Of a stretch of DNA of 64,000 bases, positions 47,081 through 58,820 are shown one piece after another. The translations under genes and the position numbers were made by a program. A model generated the notes under the pieces. That model made no database searches, was not told the DNA's origin, and was given only the letters and a program-made list of their open reading frames with translations. The DNA comes from an uncultured delta proteobacterium. Lineage in GTDB: Bacteria > Desulfobacterota > Binatia > Binatales > Binataceae. Within the stretch, counting starts at the first letter, position 1, and every line of letters begins with the position of its first letter. Where the stretch lies: contig CAVXXK010000001.1 in the NCBI GenBank assembly GCA_963765675.1, forward strand, positions 2,080,001-2,144,000. Direction: 5' to 3'.

Positions 47081-47431
47081 ATGGACCGAACCACAATCTA
47101 TCACAACCCGAAGTGCGGAAGCTCGCGCGGCGCGGTCGCCCGGATGACTGAACGCGGGATCGATTTCGAAACTATCGAGTATCTGAAGACTCCGCTCGAT
47201 CGCGCGGGACTGCAACGCGTTCTCTCGATGATTGAGAATCCGCCTGCCGATCTGGTGCGCAAGGACAAGCGCTTCGAGGAACTCAAACTGAAGCGCGAGA
47301 ACTACACGACCCGCGAGCAGGTGATCGCGCTGTTGCTGAAGCATCCGGAGCTGATGCAGCGGCCGGTCGTCGTGCGCGGAGGGCGCGCGGTGATAGCGCG
47401 CCCGCCCGAAAAGCTCGACGCGCTGTTCTAG
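47081..47431 (+). CDS. ArsC/Spx family protein
   Basis: IYHNPKCGSSR, EYLKTP, LMQRPVV, ARPPE. Confidence 0.85.
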   Translation: MDRTTIYHNPKCGSSRGAVARMTERGIDFETIEYLKTPLDRAGLQRVLSMIENPPADLVRKDKRFEELKLKRENYTTREQVIALLLKHPELMQRPVVVRGGRAVIARPPEKLDALF

Positions 47432-47438
47432 AGCGGGG

Positions 47439-47627
47439 CTAGGCGACCTTCTGTACTTTGCCGCTGCGGATGCATCGGGTGCAGACGCGGATTCGCATCA
47501 CGCCGCCGCCGATCTTCGCGCGAACCTCCTGCAGGTTCGGCTCCCATCGCCGCTTGGTCTTGTTGTTGGCGTGGCTGACGTTATTTCCGACTGACGGCTG
47601 CTTGCCGCAAAGTGCGCATTGTCGCAT
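47439..47627 (-). CDS. rpmB: 50S ribosomal protein L28 (Zn-binding C+ type)
   Basis: [30 protein letters not shown]. Confidence 0.95.
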   Translation of the reverse strand: MRQCALCGKQPSVGNNVSHANNKTKRRWEPNLQEVRAKIGGGVMRIRVCTRCIRSGKVQKVA

Positions 47628-47670
47628 GAGGTTGTCTCTCTGATGAATTCCGATGCTGAAGTCGAACGCC

Positions 47671-48909
47671 CTAGGGTAGCCCGACCTGCGGTCTGGTGAA
47701 AGAGGGCGTGAAGCTCGCCCGCAGCAGCGCCTGCCCTGCGGGTTCGGCGGTCAACAGCGCGCCCGCGTCGCATCGGCACCTGATACTCATCAGCCATGCG
47801 GCCTTGCCGAGCGCCGTTGCGTACTGATCGAGCGCGGTCTTGAGGCCGCCCTCGGCTTTCTTGTCGTCGATCGATACGTCCTTGTCGCTGACGACGACCT
47901 GCTCGGGCGTCGAGCCGGTTGCGTCGAACATCATCTGGGAGAGCATCGCGATAAACGCGGTCTGATCGAGTCCGGGCACGTCGCTCATAAGGAGTTGGCG
48001 ATATGCCGCGTCGGCGCGAGTATCGGTCTGCGTCGCGAGCGCGCGGCGCACCTGCTCGCCGCGCGACGGTTCGGCGGTTGGCTCCTTCTGGTACTGGGAC
48101 AGGATCGTGGACGCGGAGCCGATGTTCCCGCCCGCGATCGCGCCGAGCGTGCGGCCAAGCAGCGCCTGCGCTTTCGCGCGCCGCATCTTCTCCTGCGCAT
48201 CGGCCATCATCCTGCGCACTTCAGGATTATCCACCCCCGCGGCTTTGAACACCGCGAGCGCAGTGTCCGGGTCGCCGCGATTGACGAGGGCCTGGGCGCA
48301 TTCGAGCAGGTTGAGCGGCTGCGTCGCGCCCAGAGTCGAAGTCGATAGATACAGCTTGGTCGCCGCGACCAGCTTCGCCTCGACTCGCACCTGGATCGAT
48401 TCGTAAGCCTGCCACGTGCTGCTCGAAATCAGACGCTGGCCGCTGGTGCGCTCGAACAGGAACTGCGCCGGGATCGAAAGAATCGCCGCCGGTCCGCTGA
48501 TGATCGTCTCGCTGTCGGTGAAGGTGAAGGTGTGCCGATCTTCAGCGAGGGTCGAAAGATTGAGCGTCCAGATCTGGTACGAGCCAGTGAACTTGGCTTC
48601 TGAGCCGGTCTGCACGACCTTGAACGAGTCGGTCGGCAGACTCACGACGATCACGGCGTCGAGCCTGTCGTCGAGCTCGCCCGCGACGAAACGCTTCACG
48701 CACGCGTCAACGTCGCCGGGCGGCTGAATTGGCACCGCGGTGACGTTAGGCATCGCGCCGACCAGCTTCTCGATATCGTTTTCAGCCTGGGGCGAAATCG
48801 GGCCGAGCGCTCCGACGCCAATCTTGACCTCGGCTAGCGCGGGAGCCGCGAATTGCAGCACCGCCGCCGTGAGCGCGAGCATCAATGTGATGGAGAATTT
48901 GCGTGTCAT
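47671..48909 (-). CDS. Hypothetical secreted protein
   Basis: Long ORF with signal peptide ALA and host-like codon usage. Confidence 0.65.
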   Translation of the reverse strand: MTRKFSITLMLALTAAVLQFAAPALAEVKIGVGALGPISPQAENDIEKLVGAMPNVTAVPIQPPGDVDACVKRFVAGELDDRLDAVIVVSLPTDSFKVVQTGSEAKFTGSYQIWTLNLSTLAEDRHTFTFTDSETIISGPAAILSIPAQFLFERTSGQRLISSSTWQAYESIQVRVEAKLVAATKLYLSTSTLGATQPLNLLECAQALVNRGDPDTALAVFKAAGVDNPEVRRMMADAQEKMRRAKAQALLGRTLGAIAGGNIGSASTILSQYQKEPTAEPSRGEQVRRALATQTDTRADAAYRQLLMSDVPGLDQTAFIAMLSQMMFDATGSTPEQVVVSDKDVSIDDKKAEGGLKTALDQYATALGKAAWLMSIRCRCDAGALLTAEPAGQALLRASFTPSFTRPQVGLP

Positions 48910-49062
48910 CCTGAAAAGCTCCCTTGCGAGACCCGCCAAGCTATCCTGAGTGCGCGTCGAAGTTCAATTTCAGGCCGACCGCCGCGGAGCGGCTTGAGTA
49001 TCCGGTGCAAAAGCCGCATTGTCTAGCGGGATGTATTTCCTTCCAACGACGGTCGTGGTGCG

Positions 49063-50889
49063 ATGGGCGAGCGGCTGATCCACATCCTGCCCGAACAAGT
49101 TGCGAGCCAGATAGCGGCCGGAGAGGTCGTCGAGCGGCCGGCGTCCGCGGTCAAGGAGCTGGTCGAGAACTCGCTCGACGCGGGCGCGAGCCGGATTGAC
49201 ATCACGATCGAGCGCGGCGGATGCGCGCGCTTCGCGGTCGCGGACGACGGATGCGGGATGAGCCGCGAGGACGCGATTCTCGCGCTGCGCCGCCATGCGA
49301 CCTCGAAGATTCGCAGCGCCTCCGACCTGGTTGCGATTCGCACGCTGGGCTTTCGCGGCGAGGCGCTCGCCTCGATCGCGAGCGTCGCGCGCATGACGCT
49401 GCGGACGCGCTCAGCCGATTCATCGGCGGTCGAGATCGTGGCGCTGGGCGGCGAGATCGAGGAGGTTCGCGACTCGGCTGCGGCGCCGGGCACGCAGATC
49501 GACGTCCGCGATCTTTTCTTCAACACTCCCGCGCGGCTCAAATTCCTCAAAACCGTTGCGACCGAGCAGGGCGCGATCGCCGAGGCGATCCAGCGCGTCG
49601 CGCTGGCGAATCATCGGGTTGCATTTTCGCTCAATTCCGACGGCCGCGTGATGTTCGATCTCATCCGCGCGGCGTCGCCGCTCGAGCGCGTGCGGCAACT
49701 CTTCGGCGCCAAGCTCGCCGAGCGGATGCTCGGGTTCGACGGCGGACGCGAGGCGATTCGGGTGCGCGGGCTGGCGACGATGAGCCAGGAGTCGTTCGCC
49801 TCTGCGCGGATGGTCTTCACCTTCGTCAATGGCCGCGTCGTGCGCGACAAGCTGCTCGCGCGCGCGATCGCGCAGGCCTATCAGACGCTGTTGCCGCGCG
49901 GACGCTATCCGGCCGTGGTGCTGTTCGTCGAGCTGCGCCACGAAGAAGTGGACGTGAATGTCCATCCGATGAAGACCGAGGTCCGGTTTCGCAATTCGGG
50001 CGCGGTGTTCGAAGCGGTCTATCACGCGCTGCGCGATCGGCTCTCGAATCAGAGCGAAGCTGGGCAGGAGCGTCTCGACGATGCCGCAGTTTCGGCCGAG
50101 GCTGCGAGCATCGAAGCGGCGGCGACGCTCGCGCGCGCGCCCGAATCTGTCCCGCGCGATTTCCCTGCTCCTGCGATGGACGCGCCGCGTGCGCTACGAC
50201 TGGTTCCCGACGCGGCGCGATCGGTCGCGACGCAACGCGCACTTGGCTTGGGCTTCGCTGCGGCAGCCGATCCGGCTCGCGCCGATGCGCATCCGCAGGC
50301 GGGAGTGCCGATGTACTCGCAACTGCGCGTGCTTGGGCAGATTTTCGCCGGATATATCGCGCTCGAAAGCGACGAGGGAATGCTGTTGGTCGATCAGCAT
50401 GCCGCGCATGAACGGGTCACGTTTGAAAAACTGCGCGCCGAGCTGCGCGACGGCGGAGTCCGCGTCCAGTCACTGCTGGTCGCGGCCACGATCGAGCTCA
50501 ACCCGGCGCGCGCGGCACAGATTCACGGCGCGATACCGGAGTTGCGCGCGATGGGCTTTGACGTCGAGAGCTTCGGTCCTTCGTCGCTGATCCTTAAGGG
50601 TACGCCGGCGGTGTTCGGAGCCGAGGGCGGCGCGAAGCTGCTAGCGGACATGATCGACAGTATCGGCGAGGCGCCGATTCGCGCGGGCGGAGAGGCGGCG
50701 TTTGAAAATCTGCTCAAGCAGCTCGCCTGCCACGGCTCGGTGCGGGTCGGCCGCGTGCTCGAAGCGGCGGAGATTCACGCACTGCTGGCCGAGCTCGATC
50801 GCACCGAATTCAAAACCAACTGTCCGCACGGCCGCCCGGTGCATATTCGCTTCCCGCGCGGGCAGATCGAGCGAATGTTCCGCCGATGA
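49063..50889 (+). CDS. mutL: DNA mismatch repair endonuclease
   Basis: IAAGEVVERPAS.VKELVEN, GFRGEAL, DVNVHP.K, DQHAAHER, CPHGRP. Confidence 0.97.
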   Translation: MGERLIHILPEQVASQIAAGEVVERPASAVKELVENSLDAGASRIDITIERGGCARFAVADDGCGMSREDAILALRRHATSKIRSASDLVAIRTLGFRGEALASIASVARMTLRTRSADSSAVEIVALGGEIEEVRDSAAAPGTQIDVRDLFFNTPARLKFLKTVATEQGAIAEAIQRVALANHRVAFSLNSDGRVMFDLIRAASPLERVRQLFGAKLAERMLGFDGGREAIRVRGLATMSQESFASARMVFTFVNGRVVRDKLLARAIAQAYQTLLPRGRYPAVVLFVELRHEEVDVNVHPMKTEVRFRNSGAVFEAVYHALRDRLSNQSEAGQERLDDAAVSAEAASIEAAATLARAPESVPRDFPAPAMDAPRALRLVPDAARSVATQRALGLGFAAAADPARADAHPQAGVPMYSQLRVLGQIFAGYIALESDEGMLLVDQHAAHERVTFEKLRAELRDGGVRVQSLLVAATIELNPARAAQIHGAIPELRAMGFDVESFGPSSLILKGTPAVFGAEGGAKLLADMIDSIGEAPIRAGGEAAFENLLKQLACHGSVRVGRVLEAAEIHALLAELDRTEFKTNCPHGRPVHIRFPRGQIERMFRR

Positions 50890-51875
50890 CCGCGCTCTCG
50901 GCGCCGCGTGGCGCCGTTCCGGAGAACGCGCCCGCGCGAATTCGCGTGGGGTTTATCGTCGGGCCAACCGGCGCCGGCAAGACCGCGCTCGCGCTCGAAG
51001 TAGCGGAGCGACTCGGCGCAGAAATCGTCAACGCGGACTCGCGGCAGTTTTATCGCGGAATGGATCTCGGCACCGCGAAGCCGACGGCTGCCGAACGCGC
51101 CCGCGTGCCGCATCACCTCATAGATGTTCGCGCGCCCGACGCTCCGCTCGACGTGGCGGGGTTTGTCGCGATTGCGCGCGAGGCGATCGAAGAGATCGCG
51201 GCGCGCAATCGGCGCGTCCTGGTCGTCGGTGGCAGCGGACTGTACCTGCGCGCGATGCGCGGCGGGATTTTCCGCGGTCCGGGCGCGTCGGCGGAAATCC
51301 GCGGACGTCTTTCGCGCGAGGCGGACGAGCACGGTCTGGAGCATCTGCATGGCCGCCTGCGCGAGATCGATCCTGCGGCGGCGGCGCGAATCGGCCACAA
51401 CGATCTTTATCGCATCATGCGCGCGCTCGAAGTATTCGAGCTGACTGGTGAGCCGATAAGCGCGCATCAAGCCCGTCACGCGTTTTCAGCACGCGAGTAC
51501 GAAAGCCTGACCGTCGGGATCTCGCCCGAGCGCGAGAAACTCTACCAAGCGATCGATGCGCGCTTCGATGCGATGCTCGCCGCCGGATTGGTGGCCGAAG
51601 TCCGCGCGCTGCTCGCGGCGGGATATGCGCCCGAGCGTCCTCCGCTCGCGACGATCGGCTACAAGCAAATCGCGCGGCATCTCGGCGGCGAAATCACGCT
51701 GGCCGAAGCAATAGCGCTCGCCAAGCGCGACTCGCGCCGCCTGGCCAAGCGCCAGCTCACCTGGTTTCGCGCTGACCCGGAACTCAAATGGCTTGACCTG
51801 GCGCGTCCGACCGAGCACGCTTTGGAGTTGTTCGCGGAATTTTTCGCTCCGAAAGAATCGCGAGAGAAAAGGTGA
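50886..51875 (+). CDS. miaA: tRNA dimethylallyltransferase
   Basis: [37 protein letters not shown]. Confidence 0.95.
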   Translation: MTALSAPRGAVPENAPARIRVGFIVGPTGAGKTALALEVAERLGAEIVNADSRQFYRGMDLGTAKPTAAERARVPHHLIDVRAPDAPLDVAGFVAIAREAIEEIAARNRRVLVVGGSGLYLRAMRGGIFRGPGASAEIRGRLSREADEHGLEHLHGRLREIDPAAAARIGHNDLYRIMRALEVFELTGEPISAHQARHAFSAREYESLTVGISPEREKLYQAIDARFDAMLAAGLVAEVRALLAAGYAPERPPLATIGYKQIARHLGGEITLAEAIALAKRDSRRLAKRQLTWFRADPELKWLDLARPTEHALELFAEFFAPKESREKR

Positions 51876-52789
51876 AACGCCAACCCAAACCCAATCACAA
51901 CGGCAATCGTCCGCACGCGAAGCCCGAAGCGGCGGTCGCGGTGGAGGCCGCCGCGGGGTTGACCCCGATAGAGCGCGTGCGCCTGGCGCGGCATCCGGCG
52001 CGTCCGCAGACGCTCGATTATATCGGCGCGCTCATCGGCGAGTTTATCGAGATTCACGGCGACCGGCGGTTTGCCGACGATGGCGCGATCGTCGCGGGCC
52101 TCGGCTACTTCGGCAAACATCCGGTTGCGATCGTCGGGCAGCAGCGCGGACGCACCACGACCGAGCGGATCAAACGCAACTTCGGCAAGCCGCATCCAGA
52201 GGGCTACCGCAAGGCGGCGCGAATTTACGAGCTCGCGGATCATTTCCGCCTTCCGCTGATCACTTTTATCGACACGCAAGGCGCCGAGTCTGGAGTGGGC
52301 GCGGAGGAGCGCGGGCAGCATGAGGCGATCGCGCGCGACCTCGAGCTGATGGCGCGCCTCGAGATTCCGGTCATCGCATGCGTGATCGGCGAGGGCGGCT
52401 CCGGCGGCGCGCTCGCGCTCGGAGTGGCGAACGTCGTGCTGATGCAGGAGAACGGCTCGTACTCGGTCATCACGCCCGAGGGCTGCGCCGCGATTTTGTG
52501 GCGCGACGCGACGGATGAAAACGTAGCGCGCGCGGCGTCGGCGCTCAGAATCTCCGCGCCCGATCTGCTCGAATTCGGCGTGATTGACGAGATCGTTCCC
52601 GAGCCTCCGGGCGGCGCGCATACCGCGCCCGACGAAGCGGCGCATATCCTGGGCGAGGCGATCGAGCGGCATCTGGCGCGTCTGTCCAAACGCGCCCCGG
52701 CAGAGCTGCGGATGGCGCGCGAGCGCAAGTTTGCCGCGATTGGAAACGCCTACCTGACGCGCGTTGAAAACCCCGCGACGATCAGTTAG
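51872..52789 (+). CDS. accA: Acetyl-CoA carboxyltransferase alpha
   Basis: [39 protein letters not shown]. Confidence 0.92.
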   Translation: MKRQPKPNHNGNRPHAKPEAAVAVEAAAGLTPIERVRLARHPARPQTLDYIGALIGEFIEIHGDRRFADDGAIVAGLGYFGKHPVAIVGQQRGRTTTERIKRNFGKPHPEGYRKAARIYELADHFRLPLITFIDTQGAESGVGAEERGQHEAIARDLELMARLEIPVIACVIGEGGSGGALALGVANVVLMQENGSYSVITPEGCAAILWRDATDENVARAASALRISAPDLLEFGVIDEIVPEPPGGAHTAPDEAAHILGEAIERHLARLSKRAPAELRMARERKFAAIGNAYLTRVENPATIS

Positions 52790-52804
52790 CCATAGTCGTT
52801 CCTC

Positions 52805-53969
52805 ATGGCCTCCCGGACTGCGAAAAATCGCGCTCCCGCGCGTACGAAGCCGACTCGCGTCGAGCAGCGCGACGCGGATGCGGAAGAGCGTCCCTCGCTC
52901 ACGAGCCTGCGCGAACGGATCGACGAGATCGATCACAAGATCCTCGCGCTGGTCGCGATGCGCGGCGGAATCGTCGAGCAAGTCGGCCAGCTCAAGCACT
53001 CGACCGGCGAGATCGTCTACGTGCCTTCGCGCGAGCGGGAGATTATCGATCGGATGATCGCGGAGAACCCGGGTCCGCTCGCGGCCGAGCATATCAAGAA
53101 TATTTTCACCGAAGTGATTTCCGCCTGCCGCGGGCTCGAGCACGCGGCGCGAATTGCGTTTCTGGGTCCGGAGCATACCTACTCGCACGAGGCCGCGCGC
53201 GAGCGCTTCGGCTCGAGCGTCGAGTTCGCGCCGCTGAGCTCGTTTGCGGCGGTGTTCCAGGCGGTCGAGAGCGGGCGCGCGGATTTCGGCGTAGTGCCGG
53301 TCGAGAACTCGACCGAAGGATCCGTTGGCCTGACGCTGGATTTGCTGATCGATACGCGCGCTTAAGATTATCGGGGAGATCCTGCTGCCAGTTCGTCACG
53401 CGCTCCTGTCGCTGAGCGGAGACCCGCGCGCGATCGTCAAAATCGTGTCGCATCAGCAGTCGCTCGGCCAGTGCCGCGCCTACCTGCAGGCAAATTTTCC
53501 GAATTGCGAGATCGAAGCGGTTGCGTCGAACGCGTTTGCGGCGGAGCGCGCGGCCCGCGACGCGTCGATCGCGGCGATCGCCTCGCGTGCGGCGGGAACC
53601 GCGTATGGACTGACCACGATTGCCGAAAATATCCAGGACCTCGCAACCAACACCACGCGGTTTCTCGTGATGGGTCCGCGGCCGGTCGAGCGCACCGGCG
53701 CGGACAAGACCACGGTGCTGTTCGCGGTTGCCGATAAAGTAGGCGCACTGTTCAAGGCGATCAGCCTGTTTGCACGCAACTCGATCAACATCTCGAAAAT
53801 TGAATCACGTCCGCTGCGCTCGCGTCCGTGGGAATATATTTTCTTTGTCGATCTCGGCGGGCATAGCGAGGACCCCAAGCTCAAGCGCGCGCTCAAGGCG
53901 CTCGAACGCGAAGCCCTTTTTTCCAAGGTGCTGGGATCGTATCCTGAAGGCAGGTCGGCCGCCGGCTAG
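52805..53969 (+). CDS. pheA: Chorismate mutase/prephenate dehydratase, frameshifted near 53360
   Basis: LRERIDEID, FLGP, VPVENSTEG, then SHQQSLGQC, NTTRF, IESRP, LGSYP. Confidence 0.9.
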
Positions 53970-53987
53970 CGCGGCCGCTCAACTCCC

Positions 53988-55088
53988 TTGATCAAAGCTG
54001 ACGATCTGGTTCTGCCGCCGGTTGCGGCGCTAAATCCCTACGAGCCCGGGAAGCCGATCGAGGAGCTGCAGCGCGAACTCGGAATCGGAGAGCCGGTCAA
54101 GCTCGCGTCGAACGAAAATCCTCTCGGCCCTTCGCCGCGCGCGGTCGCCGCGGTCAAAGCGGCGCTTGCGGAACTGAATCGCTACCCCGACGGAGGATGC
54201 TACGAGCTGCGCAAAAGAATCGCGCAGAAGCATCAAGTTGCGCCCGAGCAGATCTTCGCGGCAGGCGGCTCGGTCGAGGTGATCAACCTGCTCGCGTTCC
54301 TGTTTATCCGGCCCGGCTTGAACTCAGTCTTCTCTGAGCATGCTTTCGCGATCTATCCGCTGGCGACTCTGGCCGCGGGTGGAAGCTTCAAGGCTGCGCC
54401 GACCAGCGACGGCTACTCGCACGACCTCGACGCGATCGCCGACGCGATCGACGCGAACACGCGCATCGTATTTCTCGGCAATCCAAATAATCCCACCGGC
54501 ACGATCTATCGCCGCGCCGAGTGGAAACGGTTCCTCGCGCGCGTGCCGGAGCACGTCGTGATCGTCGCCGACGAGGCCTACTTCGAGTTCGTGCGCGACC
54601 CCGAGTATCCGGATTCGCTCGAAGATCATGACGGGCGGCGGCTGATCGTCACGATGCGCACGTTCTCGAAAATTTTCGGGCTCGCGGGACTCCGCGTTGG
54701 CTACGCGGTTGCGCAGCCGGATATCGTCCGCCTGCTGAACAACGTCCGCCAGCCGTTCAACGTGACCTCGCTCGCGCAGGTCGCGGTGCTCGCCGCGATG
54801 GACGATACGGCGCACGTCGAGCGCACGCTCAAAGTCAACGCGCAGGGGATGGCCTATCTCGAAGGCGAGTTCCGCCGCCTCGGGCTCTCCTTCGTGCCGA
54901 GCCATGCGAATTTTTTCCTGACCGAGGTCGGCGACGGCCGCGCGGTGTACGACGCGCTTCTGCGCAAGGGCGTGATCGTGCGCCCGATGAACGGCTACGG
55001 CTATCCGCGCCATGTGAGAATCAGCGTCGGGCTGCCGGAGGAAAATCGCCGCCTGGTCGAAGCGCTCGAACAAGTAATCCCGCGCTAA
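53988..55088 (+). CDS. hisC: Histidinol-phosphate aminotransferase
   Basis: PYEPGKP, KLASNENP, NPNNPTG, DEAY, RTFSK.FGLAGLRVG. Confidence 0.95.
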   Translation: MIKADDLVLPPVAALNPYEPGKPIEELQRELGIGEPVKLASNENPLGPSPRAVAAVKAALAELNRYPDGGCYELRKRIAQKHQVAPEQIFAAGGSVEVINLLAFLFIRPGLNSVFSEHAFAIYPLATLAAGGSFKAAPTSDGYSHDLDAIADAIDANTRIVFLGNPNNPTGTIYRRAEWKRFLARVPEHVVIVADEAYFEFVRDPEYPDSLEDHDGRRLIVTMRTFSKIFGLAGLRVGYAVAQPDIVRLLNNVRQPFNVTSLAQVAVLAAMDDTAHVERTLKVNAQGMAYLEGEFRRLGLSFVPSHANFFLTEVGDGRAVYDALLRKGVIVRPMNGYGYPRHVRISVGLPEENRRLVEALEQVIPR

Positions 55089-55100
55089 TTGCGCGATCCG

Positions 55101-55964
55101 ATGGCGCAGCTATTCAAACAGATGACGATCGCGGGCGTCGGGCTTATCGGCGGATCGCTCGCGATGGTTGCGCGGCGCGAGGGTCTGGCCGGACGAATCG
55201 TGGGGCTCGGCCGCACGGAGGCGAACCTCGATGTCGCGCTCGAGCGCGGGATGCTCGACGCCGCCACCCGCGATCCGGCCGAGGCGGCGCGCGGCGCGGA
55301 CCTGCTGATGCTCGCGGTGCCAATCCTCACGATGCGCGCGACGCTCGAACAGATGCTCCCGAATCTTGCGCCGAACGCCGTCATCACCGATGTCGGCAGC
55401 GTCAAGGGATGGGTGGTGCGCGAACTCGAGCCGCTGATTCCCGCCAGGATGGCGCTGGTCGCAGCGCATCCGGTGGCCGGAAAAGAAACCGTCGGCGCCG
55501 TTTCCGCCGATCCGGAACTGTTCCGCGGACGGCGCGTGATTATCACCCCCTCGGCGAAAAGCACCGCCGACGCGGTCGCGCGGGTCGAGGCGCTCTGGTC
55601 GGCGACCGGCGCGCGGGTCGAGAAGATGGATCCCGACCTGCACGACGCGATCCTCGCGCGCGCAAGCCATCTGCCGCAGATCGTCGCGAGTGCGCTGGGC
55701 GCGGCTCTCGCCGACGAGCGCGTGGGCGGGATGCTTGCGGCGGAGTTCGGGGCGAGTGGATTGCGCGACACGACGCGGCTTGCGGGATCGTCGTGGGAGA
55801 TGTGGCGCGACATCTTTATCACCAATCGCGACGCGATCGTCGCCGCGCTCAAACTGTTCGGATCGACGGTCGATGAATTCCAGGAGCTGATCGAGACCGG
55901 CGATCTCGCCGCGCTCGAAAACATCTTCAACCGCGGCCGCGCGATGCGCGAGAAACTAAAGTGA
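55101..55964 (+). CDS. tyrA: Prephenate/arogenate dehydrogenase
   Basis: [35 protein letters not shown]. Confidence 0.9.
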   Translation: MAQLFKQMTIAGVGLIGGSLAMVARREGLAGRIVGLGRTEANLDVALERGMLDAATRDPAEAARGADLLMLAVPILTMRATLEQMLPNLAPNAVITDVGSVKGWVVRELEPLIPARMALVAAHPVAGKETVGAVSADPELFRGRRVIITPSAKSTADAVARVEALWSATGARVEKMDPDLHDAILARASHLPQIVASALGAALADERVGGMLAAEFGASGLRDTTRLAGSSWEMWRDIFITNRDAIVAALKLFGSTVDEFQELIETGDLAALENIFNRGRAMREKLK

Positions 55965-56661
55965 CGCGCGCGAAACCTATCGTCGCGATCGACGGACCGG
56001 TCGGCGCCGGCAAATCGACCGTCGCTCGGGAGTTGGCGCGAGAGCTGGGCTTCCGCTACCTGAACACCGGCGCGATGTACCGCGCGGTCGCGATTGCCGC
56101 GAGCGAGGCGGGAATCGATCCAGTCGGTCGCCGGACCTCGAAGCGCGCCTTGCGCCTGGGCTCGCCGCGATTCGGATTTCATTCGAGGGCGAGCGAATCC
56201 TGCTAAATGGCGCCGACGTGACCGGGCGCGTCACCGATCCGGCGATCAGCGATCTTGCCTCACGTCTGTCCGCCTTGGGCGCGGTGCGGGCTCGGATGCG
56301 CGAGTTGCAGCGCGCGGCCGGAAGCGAGGGCGGAGTAGTCATGGAAGGGCGCGATATCGGCACCGCGATCTTCCCCGACGCCGAGTTCAAGTTCTTTCTC
56401 GACGCCGACGTGGCAGTGCGCGCGCGCCGCCGGTACGAGGAACTCGCGGCCAAGGGTTCGCAGATAAGTTACGACCAGGTGCTCGATCAGTTGCGTGAGC
56501 GCGACGCGCGCGATTCGAGCCGCGCGCTCGCTCCGCTTAAGCGTGCGGATGATGCTATAGTGATTGACTCGACCGCGCTCGATATACCGGCGGTCATAAA
56601 TGCGATAAAAGAACACATACTGGCCGCGGTCAACGCAGATAAGGGGTTGAAACGCAGCTAG
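55961..56661 (+). CDS. cmk: Cytidylate kinase, frameshifted near 56130
   Basis: [19 protein letters not shown], then [23 protein letters not shown]. Confidence 0.9.
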
Positions 56662-56712
56662 TCCGGTTGTAAGTTTCGCAGCAGCTTCGAAGTTCCCGGA
56701 AGGTCCCACTAC

Positions 56713-58455
56713 ATGGAGAAAGTTTTGCCTGAAAAGCTCGGCGGAGGAGAAAATGATTTCGAGTCGCTGATGGAAGAGAGCCTGAAGGCTCCGCGTCCCG
56801 GTGATGTGCTCATCGGACGAGTCCTTCTCATAACCCGCGACTATGTCATCATCGATATCAACTACAAGTGCGAGGGCCAGGTCCCCGTCGCCGAATTCTA
56901 TGACGCCAACGGAAATCCGACCGTCAAGGAAGGCGACGAGGTTGACGTTTACTTCGAGGGCACCGAGACCGAGAACGGCACGGTGATGCTCTCGCACGCG
57001 AAGGCCGAGAAATTCAAAGTCTGGCGCGAGCTCGACCGCGCCTTCCAGAGCGAGACGCCGGTCGAAGGCGTCGTGCTGGGCAAAGTCAAAGGGGGCCTCA
57101 AGGTCGATATCGGCGTGCCGGCATTCCTGCCCGGCTCGCACGTGGATATCCGTCCCGCGCGTAACCTCGATCGCTATGTGGGCCAGCGCGGGCGTTTTCA
57201 GATCCTCAAGTTCAATCGCGCGCGCGGCAACGTGGTCGTGTCGCGCCGCAGTGTGCTCGAACGCGAACGCTCTTCGCTCAAGGAGCAGACGCTCAAGGTT
57301 CTCGAAGAGGGCGTCATCCTCGAAGGCACCGTCAAGAACATCACCGATTACGGTGCATTCATCGATCTCGGCGGAATCGACGGCCTGCTCCATATCACCG
57401 ACATGTCGTGGGGGCGCCTCGCTCACCCGTCGGAGGTTCTGAAGGTCGGCGAGAAGGTCAAGGTCGTCGTCCTCAAGTACGACGCGCAGCGCGAGCGCGT
57501 GTCGCTGGGGATGAAGCAGATCATGGCCGACCCGTGGAGCAAGGTGAACGAGCTTTATCCTCCGGGCACGCGGGTTCACGGCAAGGTCGTCAGCGTCACC
57601 GACTACGGCGCATTCGTCGAGCTCGAAAAAGGCGTCGAGGGACTGATTCACGTCTCCGAGATGAGCTGGAGCAAGCGCGCGGTTCATCCGTCGAAGGTCG
57701 TCAATCCGGGCGACGGAGTGGAAGTGCAGGTGCTCGGCGTCGATGAAGCCAACCGGCGCATCTCGCTCGGCCTCAAGCAGACCGAACCGAATCCGTGGGT
57801 CGCGCTGGCGGAGCAGCATCCGGTGGGCAGCCACGTCTCGGGCAAGGTCAAGTCGATCACCGACTTCGGCGCGTTTGTCGAGATCGAGCCGGGAATCGAC
57901 GGACTGGTGCATATCTCGGACTTGTCGTGGACCAAGAAAATCCGGCATCCGAGCGAGATGGTGAAGAAGGGTGATGACGTCGAGGCGGTGGTGCTTGGAA
58001 TCGACGCCGAGAACGAGCGCGTCAGCCTGGGCGTCAAGCAGCTTACGCCCGATCCGTGGAACACGATCGCGGAGCGTTATCCGCTCAACACCCGAATCCA
58101 TGGCAAGGTCAGCTCGGTTGCGGATTTTGGCGTGTTCGTCGAGATCGAAGAGGGAATCGAAGGGCTGATCCACATCTCGCAGCTCTCCAACGAGCGCGTG
58201 GACAAGCCGTCGTCGCTGTTCAAGGTTGACGACCAGCTCGAAGCGCTGGTGGTTCAGCTCGATCCGAAGGAGCGGCGCATCGGGTTGTCGATCAAGGCGC
58301 TCAAGGCGCACGAGGAGCGCGAGGAGATGCAGGCGTATCTCAAGCGCGAGCATGAGAATGCGCGGTTCTCGATGGAGGATATCCTGAACGAGGAACTGCG
58401 CCTCGATCGCGATGACGGCGACCGCCGCGCCTCGCGCGGGCGCCGCGACCGCTAA
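56713..58455 (+). CDS. rpsA: 30S ribosomal protein S1
   Basis: Six S1 repeats (DYGAFIDLGGIDGLLHITDMSW etc.). Confidence 0.97.
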   Translation: MEKVLPEKLGGGENDFESLMEESLKAPRPGDVLIGRVLLITRDYVIIDINYKCEGQVPVAEFYDANGNPTVKEGDEVDVYFEGTETENGTVMLSHAKAEKFKVWRELDRAFQSETPVEGVVLGKVKGGLKVDIGVPAFLPGSHVDIRPARNLDRYVGQRGRFQILKFNRARGNVVVSRRSVLERERSSLKEQTLKVLEEGVILEGTVKNITDYGAFIDLGGIDGLLHITDMSWGRLAHPSEVLKVGEKVKVVVLKYDAQRERVSLGMKQIMADPWSKVNELYPPGTRVHGKVVSVTDYGAFVELEKGVEGLIHVSEMSWSKRAVHPSKVVNPGDGVEVQVLGVDEANRRISLGLKQTEPNPWVALAEQHPVGSHVSGKVKSITDFGAFVEIEPGIDGLVHISDLSWTKKIRHPSEMVKKGDDVEAVVLGIDAENERVSLGVKQLTPDPWNTIAERYPLNTRIHGKVSSVADFGVFVEIEEGIEGLIHISQLSNERVDKPSSLFKVDDQLEALVVQLDPKERRIGLSIKALKAHEEREEMQAYLKREHENARFSMEDILNEELRLDRDDGDRRASRGRRDR

Positions 58456-58487
58456 ACGCGCGACGGGAAAATTGCACCGCGACGGCC

Positions 58488-58785
58488 ATGACCAAGCGCG
58501 CGATTATCGAAGAACTGCTCTCGCGGCATCATAGCTGCTCGCATCGGCAGTCCGAGACGATCGTCAACGCGATGTTCGACGCGATGGCGAATGTGCTGGC
58601 CGACGGCAAGCGAATTGAAGATTCGCGGCTTCGGCAGCTTCGGGGTCAAGGATCGCCGTGCGCGCCAGGGGCGCAATCCCAAGACCGGAGAAGTAGTGCC
58701 GGTGGACGCCAAGCGCATCCCGTTTTTCCGCGCGGGCAAGGAACTCCGCATCGAGGTTAATGGCTCGGACGACGCGGCGCGCTAA
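58488..58785 (+). CDS. ihfB: Integration host factor beta, frameshifted near 58619
   Basis: MTKRAIIE...KRIE then [27 protein letters not shown]. Confidence 0.88.
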
Positions 58786-58820
58786 GGCCGCGAGCGCTCC
58801 CGCCGTCGCCGCCGGCCGGG

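Noticed and set aside
56260-58353. 697-aa antisense ORF (and similar long shadows over icd, pheA, hldD, lpxA and the protease)
   Set aside because: Mirror frames of well-supported genes in high-GC DNA, with no motifs
53340-58630. Programmed frameshifting in pheA, cmk or ihfB
   Set aside because: No slippery heptamers or known precedent; sequencing error is more parsimonious
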